Source: Schizochytrium sp. TIO01 (lineage: Eukaryota; Protista; Bigyra: Labyrinthulomycetes). Taken from it: a stretch of DNA of 64,000 nucleotides. Of the stretch, positions 55,925-64,000 are shown piece after piece. A program made the position numbers and the translations under genes. The notes beneath the pieces were generated by a model. It saw nothing but the letters and a program-made list of their open reading frames with translations, ran no database searches and was not told the DNA's origin. Each line of letters opens with the position of its first letter. Position 1 is the first letter of the stretch. Location of the stretch: the NCBI GenBank assembly GCA_004764695.1, contig SMSO01000005.1, positions 1,054,001 through 1,118,000 of the forward strand, in the 5' to 3' direction.

Positions 55925-58441
55925 CTAAGATTGATGAACAGCACTGTCCTCAATGCTTGGACTTGGGCTCTCATGTGCCTTTGGCATTGGGTGAGCCTTG
56001 ATCAATTCATACGAGTCTTCTGATGTTCGGCGTATTGTCATGATGAGTTGATTGTCATCACTCGAAATTGGCGGTTGACGCTTCCGTTTGGATTCAGATC
56101 GAGCCTTCATTTCAGATATTTCGTTTATTTTGTTTTCTTGATCTTGACGATTCAAGTCGATTTTGGGTGTTGCTTTGGATACATCTTCACCTTCCCGAAC
56201 GAACTTGGGTATTTCATTGTTCCGAGCTCGCAGCTTCATCCTCATAAATTCCTTTTCATCGGATGTTGCATAACCTTCGTTTGAGGCAAGATTGCTAAGA
56301 TCTTGAGGATGTTGGGTGTTAGTATACAACTTGTTTTTGTCGCTGTGTCGAATTGCTAATGATTCCGCATTAAGAAACGCAAGTTTCTCTGTCTTGTGCT
56401 CAAGAAACTCAAGGCGAGCTCTATTCACATCTTGGTGACTAATTCCAGCGAGCTCGGCGATCCGTTTATTTCGATCCAGAAGATTACTTGCGATTTGTCT
56501 TTGGTAAATTGCTGTTAATTCTTTTTGTTGAAGCTCACGCTTGTGGACACAATCATGAGTTTCGCAGTCTCCGCATCGTCCAAAGAGTCTTTTGAACATA
56601 TTGTCCACTTGCTCACTCTCTGGGTGTGGCTCTGATAAATAGGTTTTGTTTTCAGGGGCTTGTACACGAGCACGCAGGTCTGCAAGAGCGACATGTGTGT
56701 CCATAGCAACGATGTTTGCGGTATCCTGGTCGAAAGTGCCAGCTATGGGATTGTGAACCTCGCCCTGATTGTTCACATTTCGAATATATGAGTACTCAAG
56801 ATTAACCTGTGAAGGATGGGGGCCAATCCTAAATCTCATAACACCAACAGGAAATTGGTTTTGATCTACGGCGGAGGATGGTGCCGCATCAACAATTTCG
56901 CTATCTGATGTAGAAACTCTTATAGTGCAGTCACTTATGTGGCGACCGCGAGGTTCGTGCCGAGTTGAGGGATGGGGCGGCCACGATTTCAAATCGGGGT
57001 CACGGGAAAGAATGTCATAGAGTTTTTGAGTCTCTGGAAGCCTGGCGTGAGTTTGAGTAGTTTGCCAAGGCTCATTTGATAGAGTGGTTCTCTTTTCAGC
57101 GTGCGCAGATGGTATTTCGAACGTATTATGAGGCGCAATTAGAGTATCTGAGTTACGCTTGATTGGGCTTTGGTCACTTTCTCTGCTTAAATGAGTCAAT
57201 ATAGCTTGATCTTTCGACGTTGAGAATTTTGAATTCGGCAACATTAGATGCTGAAAAGAGGGGGCGCTTGTGATGTTATCCAAGCGAGCACCTACATCAC
57301 GCCAAAGGTCTGAACATGTGTAAGTGCTGACTGAACGGATTGGATCACGTGCGATGCAATCCTCAAAGTTGCCTGGTTGAGTCAGTCCAGAAGCTGAGGT
57401 GGCCAAGTCTGCCTTTTCACGTGAGGATGTCAAAGTAGGTCGAAAGTTTGGTTCAACGAGCTCATCTTCCGCCAATATGTGTGAATGAGTAGCACACATT
57501 GTGGGTTTATTAGCTGCACTTCTGATGTGCGTAAAGGTTGCACCAGCATGTTGTCCACATCGAACATGATAAGATACATCACACCCACGAATCGAACAAG
57601 TAAGACAGACTCCTGAAATGCGTGTGCAAAAGGAGCATTGCTGTTTAATGCGATATTGCAAACTTGGCGAATTTAAACCGTACAAATGTTGCCCTCGGAG
57701 ATACGTTTCTGGTATCGATAATACACAAGAGAGGTGAGCCCACCGAAGCCCTTGATGGCGTACTTGAATAAGCGCACCATCTTTTCCATTACAAATGGTA
57801 CACACCAATTCATGACGCGGGCGATAGCAATTAATTCCCTCAATGACCATACCATTCTCAGCTTCTTGGGCGGCAGAGCATGGTTCACAAAACCACTCGT
57901 CTGCTGGGATGCTCTTTATTCCATAACACGTTTGGTGCACAGCAACATTGCAGCCCGGGCCTTCACAGAAAACGATGAGGTTTTTCTCTGTCCAAGTTTC
58001 TTGTCCACAAACGTCACACGCCGCGTCTTCGGCATCAACGTTTTGCTCGGTAGTGACATTTTCAAACTTTACAGGTTTGTTCCCAGCGTTCAAGGTGTTG
58101 CTTGTACTTGCTTGGAGTTGTAACGTGGTGGTGTGGATACTTCTCCCATCATCATTAGGATTGGAGGCTTGCGGTTCTGTTGTTGATAATTGTCGTAGAT
58201 TTGTGTCTTGCGAAGCATTCCCGTTTTGGTTCTCGCGTTGTTTCTTATTCTGCCTTTTTGAACATACGGTCGTCGCATCTATTTCGCTTTTAGATTTGGA
58301 CCTTGGGCTCTTTCGTATTGCAGTCAGCCTCATGTCTTCAGCTGCCCTGTGTCCCTCTGCTATTGGTTCGCCACCTTCCGAGCTTTTGGTGGTTGGCAAG
58401 CCCCTCGGTCTCCTGCTTTTTCGCGCAGAAGGATTTGCCAT
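55925..58441 (-). CDS. PZP (PHD, Zn-knuckle, extended PHD) chromatin reader, AF10/JADE/BRPF-like
   Basis: First ATG at 58441 (58585 is GTG). PHD1: CDVC..NLIVFCEGPGCNVAVHQTCYGI..WFCEPC. Knuckle: CTIC..GAL..WAHLSC..IPE. PHD2: CSFC..GVCLTC..CDVSYHVRC..CATH. Confidence 0.9.
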   Translation of the reverse strand: MANPSARKSRRPRGLPTTKSSEGGEPIAEGHRAAEDMRLTAIRKSPRSKSKSEIDATTVCSKRQNKKQRENQNGNASQDTNLRQLSTTEPQASNPNDDGRSIHTTTLQLQASTSNTLNAGNKPVKFENVTTEQNVDAEDAACDVCGQETWTEKNLIVFCEGPGCNVAVHQTCYGIKSIPADEWFCEPCSAAQEAENGMVIEGINCYRPRHELVCTICNGKDGALIQVRHQGLRWAHLSCVLSIPETYLRGQHLYGLNSPSLQYRIKQQCSFCTRISGVCLTCSIRGCDVSYHVRCGQHAGATFTHIRSAANKPTMCATHSHILAEDELVEPNFRPTLTSSREKADLATSASGLTQPGNFEDCIARDPIRSVSTYTCSDLWRDVGARLDNITSAPSFQHLMLPNSKFSTSKDQAILTHLSRESDQSPIKRNSDTLIAPHNTFEIPSAHAEKRTTLSNEPWQTTQTHARLPETQKLYDILSRDPDLKSWPPHPSTRHEPRGRHISDCTIRVSTSDSEIVDAAPSSAVDQNQFPVGVMRFRIGPHPSQVNLEYSYIRNVNNQGEVHNPIAGTFDQDTANIVAMDTHVALADLRARVQAPENKTYLSEPHPESEQVDNMFKRLFGRCGDCETHDCVHKRELQQKELTAIYQRQIASNLLDRNKRIAELAGISHQDVNRARLEFLEHKTEKLAFLNAESLAIRHSDKNKLYTNTQHPQDLSNLASNEGYATSDEKEFMRMKLRARNNEIPKFVREGEDVSKATPKIDLNRQDQENKINEISEMKARSESKRKRQPPISSDDNQLIMTIRRTSEDSYELIKAHPMPKAHESPSPSIEDSAVHQS

Positions 58442-59058
58442 CTGCTTCGAGAGCGGGTGATACCAGGTAGCCAGCCAGTTGCCTCTTTGGCTCTGCCCCA
58501 ACGTTCGCTGCACTGAGTAGCACGGTGGCAAGCTATGGTTTTCCCTTTTCGGTCTTGCACTCCAGAGCGCAGGATGGAGTTCCACGGTTCAAAATATTTG
58601 GCTTTGTGTGCTGCTGTTATAACTCGCAAGCTTTCGTTTTCTTGAAAGTGTCTACAAAGGTGGTTGTACCTAATACTATTACTATTGGCTACTCAGATAA
58701 GAAGCAATTGCACAGAGGGGGTTGTGATACCAATGCTTTGTTGACGGACCTTTATCAGGACAATGGATATCAGATGGATAGATTGACTCTTGTCGAATGC
58801 AGGTGCCGTTAGGTATGATATGCGTGATGATGCAGCAGAATAAAGGAGTATATAGTTAATTTCCCGGGCAGAATTAAGAGTCCAGGGATTTGTTCGACGA
58901 CACAAGTTTGGGTTCTTCTAGTGTTGGAATGGTCGCGTTTCTTAAGATGTTTCAAGAGTTAAGAAAGGAGAAAAAGAGAGGGAGAGAGAGAGAGTACATG
59001 ACAATATCAAACAGGGTTTTTCATTTACTGGTAGAGGATCAAAATAGGGAGTGGAGCT

Positions 59059-61092
59059 TTACTTTGGCTTTGGTGGCAAAAATTGCTGCAATCCAAGTGC
59101 GGCTGCAAGAAGAAGGTTGGCTGTGGATGGCTGCACTTGTTGTTGTTGCTGCAGTTGCTGTTGCGGCGGCTGAAACATGTGCTGCTGCATACGTTGTTGC
59201 TCCATGAATTGGTGTGAGGTTAATTGTGACAGGTCAGGATGTTTCATCGAGACAAAAGGTTGTGCCTGTGGTTGCTGCAGCTGCTGGAGTTGCTGGAGAG
59301 GCATAGATATTTGAAGGGGAAGTTGTACTTGCTGTTGTTGTTGTTGGTAGTGATGTTGCTGTTGTGAAAGAGGTTGTTGTTGTTGTTGTTGTGTTTGCTG
59401 CTGCTGTTGAAGCGGGGGGAGCTGGGAGCTGCTACTTTGGATTACATTACGGAGCACGGACCAAAAGGCACTCTGGTCAATCTTAAAAAGAAGCTGCAGT
59501 TCGGAAGTACAGTGAGTTGCAAGTTGTTGAATAAGCATGTGTTGGTTCGGGGGTTGCATCTGGTGAGTGTCAGCAGCAGGAACTTCAACGGGTTGCGGCA
59601 GAGTCAAGTGAGACATTGCTTCATCTTTAACAAGCGGCAATTGCTGCTGTCGTTGCTGAGCGTCCCAGGTGAGAGATGCACGGTGTTTGGCGTTGGTAAG
59701 CATCTGCGCAGCTTCGATGCAGCTCGGGTCAATTTGATCCATTGTTGAGGACATTTTATTTCCTGCGTTTACAGCTGCAACTGCTGCAGCCGTGATGGGG
59801 CTCTTAATAATTTGAGCAGACGGGCCTGCATTAGGTGACGAGGTTGTGGACTTCTTGCGAGCCTTTGATGGTGATTCATGTTTTGTTGATGCCACAACAG
59901 TGGCTGTTTGTACAGGCGATGATGTCGCAGTCGGCGTTTCGGTTTGAGGATCTGTCGGCCTCGGGCGTTTCGTGCTTTCACGACGTGGGCGTTCCTTGGA
60001 GATAGAGTTGGAGTTAACTGAAACAGAAATGGTTTCGAGAAGCGATTTTGGGGTAACGTTGTTGTTTGTAGTAGAAGTAGGGAGGTCCACAGTCTCATCC
60101 GAGGAGGAAGCTGGCGACGGTGAAACTTCTGCAGCGGCATGCGAAGAAGGGGCAGGTGATGCTGAGCCATCGCTGTCTGCGTCACTGTCCTGGTCAGACT
60201 TTGAGCGAATTTCTTCTATCTCTGTTTTTTTAGTAGACCCCTTGATGACGTCTGCAAAGAGAGGAAGTTCATGCACGCTTTCTGCATCGTCTTCATCGTC
60301 ACTGCCAAGGGGAATGCCTAGTTTATCTGAGAGGCGCACGGTGTCAGCTTCGCCACGCATGAGCGCACGGCAGCGAGTTTTGACAGCGTTCTTAGTGCGA
60401 TTTTTAAGGGAGCTAGCAATGAGACCCCATCGGCAGCCGTAGTTGCTGTGGAGGCTAAGAATTGTGCGATCCTCTGCAGGTGTCCACTCACGGCGTTTGG
60501 CGCGTAGGAGAGATTTGTAGCGCGTTTTCACCGAGTTTTCAGTTCGACCAGGAAGTGCTTGTGCAATTTGAGCCCAGCGGTTGCCAAGGTCGTTGTGCAT
60601 GGTCATGAGCGTGCGGTCCTCATCGCGGGTCCACTTTGACTTTTTAATATTTGGGTCAAGGTTATAGCACCAGCGTTCGCGGCACTGTTTTGCCGTGCGT
60701 CCCTTAACATGGCGAGCCACCTGGCTCCAGCTAGACGAACATCCTCCTTTGACATTAAATTTGAGCTTGTTGAGCACTGATACAAGGAGTTCGTCTTCCT
60801 CCGGGGACCACGCACCCTTGCGTTGTTCCTTTTCGTCCTCCTCATCAGCTCCACTTACAGACCCTTCCTCTTCATCCATATCTCGTCGTGCAGTGCTTTC
60901 CTCAGACCATGAAGCCTCGCTTGGCGAGCCTGGGAGCGCCATATTTTTGTTTTTTGTCAAATCAGAACCTGCAGTTGTGATAGCACCAGCTCCGGTCTTC
61001 CTGTTGCTTTGGCTGCTGCTCCTGATAGCTGCAGCAGCAGCTGGGCTGGAAACAGAGCTTACCATGTGGTTGCTTTTTTTCATTGCCACCAT
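59059..61092 (-). CDS. Myb transcription factor with three repeats and a Gln-rich C-terminus
   Basis: Repeats: WSPEED..WSQVA..GRTAKQCRERW; WTRDED..GNRWAQIA..LPGRTENSVKTRY; WTPAED..GCRWGLIA..NRTKNAVKTRC. PolyQ tail. The start is uncertain (first in-frame ATG is 61092). Confidence 0.92.
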   Translation of the reverse strand: MVAMKKSNHMVSSVSSPAAAAAIRSSSQSNRKTGAGAITTAGSDLTKNKNMALPGSPSEASWSEESTARRDMDEEEGSVSGADEEDEKEQRKGAWSPEEDELLVSVLNKLKFNVKGGCSSSWSQVARHVKGRTAKQCRERWCYNLDPNIKKSKWTRDEDRTLMTMHNDLGNRWAQIAQALPGRTENSVKTRYKSLLRAKRREWTPAEDRTILSLHSNYGCRWGLIASSLKNRTKNAVKTRCRALMRGEADTVRLSDKLGIPLGSDDEDDAESVHELPLFADVIKGSTKKTEIEEIRSKSDQDSDADSDGSASPAPSSHAAAEVSPSPASSSDETVDLPTSTTNNNVTPKSLLETISVSVNSNSISKERPRRESTKRPRPTDPQTETPTATSSPVQTATVVASTKHESPSKARKKSTTSSPNAGPSAQIIKSPITAAAVAAVNAGNKMSSTMDQIDPSCIEAAQMLTNAKHRASLTWDAQQRQQQLPLVKDEAMSHLTLPQPVEVPAADTHQMQPPNQHMLIQQLATHCTSELQLLFKIDQSAFWSVLRNVIQSSSSQLPPLQQQQQTQQQQQQPLSQQQHHYQQQQQQVQLPLQISMPLQQLQQLQQPQAQPFVSMKHPDLSQLTSHQFMEQQRMQQHMFQPPQQQLQQQQQVQPSTANLLLAAALGLQQFLPPKPK

Positions 61093-62270
61093 CCACTGGT
61101 GTGTCAGGTTTTGTCTCTGCAAAAGTCTTGCTTCCTGTGGATTTGATCGATCGATACCTTGGAGACGAATTCGGGAGAGATGGTCAAGTGGTTGTGGAAC
61201 TCACGGAGCCCCTCACTAGAACCACCTAATATAATCTATAGGGTAACCCACCCAAACCAAGTCTGGCCCTTGCCAGCTACGATTTAGGTGTTGACTTTGA
61301 TGAGGTTCAATGGGTTGATTATCAGCAATCGCCCGATCGACGAGTCGCCGAGTCGTTCGTTGTGGGTCTGATCCCTAGGTCGAGCCACGCGGTTCAGAGT
61401 CAATTAATTCCAGAGATCTACGAATAGAAGCTAGCTCGCTATTACAAGCTATTACAATCGTGAAATGATGCTCTGCTTCTTTGAGTAGACCGAGAGTCTT
61501 CAATATTGTAGAAACGATTGAGTCAACCAATGCCAACCAGGAATGCCAACCAAGAATGCCAACCAAGAACAGATGAGAGTGCTTCCGATAATTGAGCTGT
61601 TCGATCTATGCCCAACACAATGAGGGATCGAGTGAAGATAGTAATTGGTTGATCGACTGATTGATCGACCGAACAGCCAATTGGGTGATTGCTTTCGGCT
61701 CCTCGCCTAAACTTCTTTCTTTATCCTTTTTCTCTTTCCTTTCTCAATCTCTCACTTTGTTTTCTTTTATTATAAAAAAGAAAGAAAGTAAGTTGTATAT
61801 TCCTGTTCTGGTTTATATTTAGTTAGTTACTTACCTACTTACCAATTAAAGTTATTTGGAAGAAGGTAAATTATTTTTTAGTTGAAAGTCATTTAGTTAC
61901 TTTGTCGAGTTCTTCCTTTCTTGCTCTATTTCAAATAATTAAATTGAGAAGGTTTTTCAATTTAAAAAAAGAAATCGAGTTGAGTCGACGTCAAAACTTT
62001 TGAGAGTTTTAATCGGTTCTTCTCCCAGGAAAAGTTCCTAGTAGACCTGCCTACTCATCGAGACATTGGCTATTTTGATAGCGTCGGTGTTTCTGGTCGC
62101 GATTCTCATAATTAAGCAAAGAGTTCGAGGTGACACGATACTAGTAGACATAGCACATGAATTAAATATAGTAGTTATGGTTATGATTCTTCTTTATATT
62201 ATTAAGACGTAAAATAAAATTATACTGTAAAAAGTAAAATTCTAATTGTAAATATAAATAATAAATAGAT

Positions 62271-62318
62271 GAGAAAGAGAAAGAGAAAGAGAAAGAGAAA
62301 GAGAAAGAGAAAGAGAAA
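62271..62318. repeat. (GAAAGA)n microsatellite
   Basis: Directly visible. Confidence 0.92.
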
Positions 62319-64000
62319 GGAACAATTTATAAATTATACCTTCAAACGATTCGCTTCTCTTTCAATAAAATATAGAAAACGAGTACTTTAGAAATCTGAG
62401 TCTCTCACATAAAATTATCCCACGGTATTGAAAGCTAGCGTTCTTTAAGCTGGGTGCCTACGTATTTGTATGTATTCATTCTTCAGTCTTTATATTTTGA
62501 TTAGAAATATAGAAGAAAAGAGAACGAAAACCTCTCCTCTCAGTGCCCATCATTAATCGTAAACGCGTGAGATATTGAGGGACAAGTTCTAACTATTCTA
62601 TACTTCCCTACGAGCCGCCAATCATAGAGAAGCTTTCAAGAGGCAAAGCAAGTTAGTAAATGACCAAGAATAAAGAAAAGAACAAAAAAAAGAATTCGCT
62701 GTCTTCAGAAGAGCGAGTCGGACGGGTGCCGGAGGCAAGGAGGCAATTAAAGCAAGCCTCTAAAGAAGATACCTCCATGCTCCCGCGTCATGTTCATCGC
62801 TGAAGGGGAACTGGCATTCATTCGTGCATCTCTATCTATTCGCGCATGTCTCCATCCATCCACGCAAACACGGCTGTTTCATTAGACGTGCAAACAAGCA
62901 CATGCTTTTATGCTACGATCCTTCACGATTAGTTTATTTCGTGTAATTACAAAATTTATTTTATACAGCGTGTTGGAACCATACTTTAAAAACCTTTCTT
63001 CTACAACTACTTTAAAAATGAGAAGAGTGTTTTTAATTCTGAAAAAGAAGAGTTGAAAACAGTCGTTGGCGATCGAGTAATAATTAAGCGGCAAAGAGCA
63101 GATGGAAGAGGGAGAAAGCCAACCGCGAAGGGAGAGGAGGCCGCTCTGCGGAGTAGTAGATCTGACTAAGCGAGTGCTCTAGCCATGCAAATGCACAGAT
63201 ACATTCAGACAGTCACTCCGTAAATGAGCCTGAAGAGCTGGCGAGAGGCCGCCTCCTCCTGCTGCTTTGTGGCTTTCAACGGCGATGAATGATAGACGTA
63301 CCTACCTATCACTCACTCCATTGCGTACCTTTGTACTGGTTTTCTATGTTGATGATATTAATTTAAGTATTAAAATAGAGGAAAATCAGTGACGAAAATA
63401 AAAATAAAAGGAAACGGAGATAGATAGAGATAGGAGATAGATGGAATAGCACCTCCTTACTACAAATGGGTAGAGTTCACTCATGATGCAGGTTTTATTA
63501 TTATTATTATTTATTTTTTAAATAAATAAATTTAAATTAAATGTTAAAACTTAAAACTTGTGTTTCAAAGTATACAAAATGGAGAAGAAAGAGTCGTCAC
63601 TCTTTACAGAGTTTATTTGTTTCTACGAGGAGTGGAACGATTTGGTACAGCTCGTGGCTAGCACCTCTACGAATTCCAAGCGAATCGTTTACTACAGACA
63701 CGTGAGTACAAACGAACAAGCCGAAACGGGCAATGAGAATTAGCACAATCCTCTGTGCTTGTGCTCTGCTAATTGGTGCTATGTAGGACTCGCCTGGCTT
63801 CCCCTCGAGCTTCGTCCTGTTTGATTTAATATTTGCTGATTCTGTTTTCTCCCTTCTTTAAAAAATGTTTTAAGAAGAGCATCAACTTCTAAGCATTCTT
63901 TCGCGAGAAGGAAACCAGTCGTGATGGTGGCCCCAATAGCCGTCAAAAGTCATTTATAGGTACTTCAAGTACCCGCACACCGGAGAGGAGCCTGGCAAAT

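Overview
Gene-dense, intron-poor eukaryotic nuclear DNA. The compact genes, AT-rich and microsatellite-laden intergenic stretches and gene content suggest a stramenopile such as a thraustochytrid (inference, not proven). About 14 protein-coding genes: thiamine pyrophosphokinase; a bacterial-looking PTS EIIC-like membrane protein whose stop codon overlaps it; a CENP-K-like coiled-coil protein; an F-box protein; a CAMK-type kinase; spliced REV7; a 3.3-kaa SWR1/SRCAP remodeller; spliced adenylate kinase; a coiled-coil protein with basic repeats; CENP-E/kinesin-7; spliced THUMP/Tan1; a PZP protein; a three-repeat Myb; and a partial gene at the left edge. There are also two decayed, divergently oriented VWA gene copies. 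Most striking: (1) the EIIC-like permease in a eukaryote, tail-to-tail with TPK; (2) SWR1 carrying eight acidic repeats plus an in-frame WW/F-box/Tudor/beta-helix module; (3) all three reconstructed introns use GTACGT donors and have candidate branch points 65-70 nt upstream of the AG. No tRNA, rRNA, CRISPR array or intact mobile element was recognised. All family calls are by eye from motifs; no searches were run.
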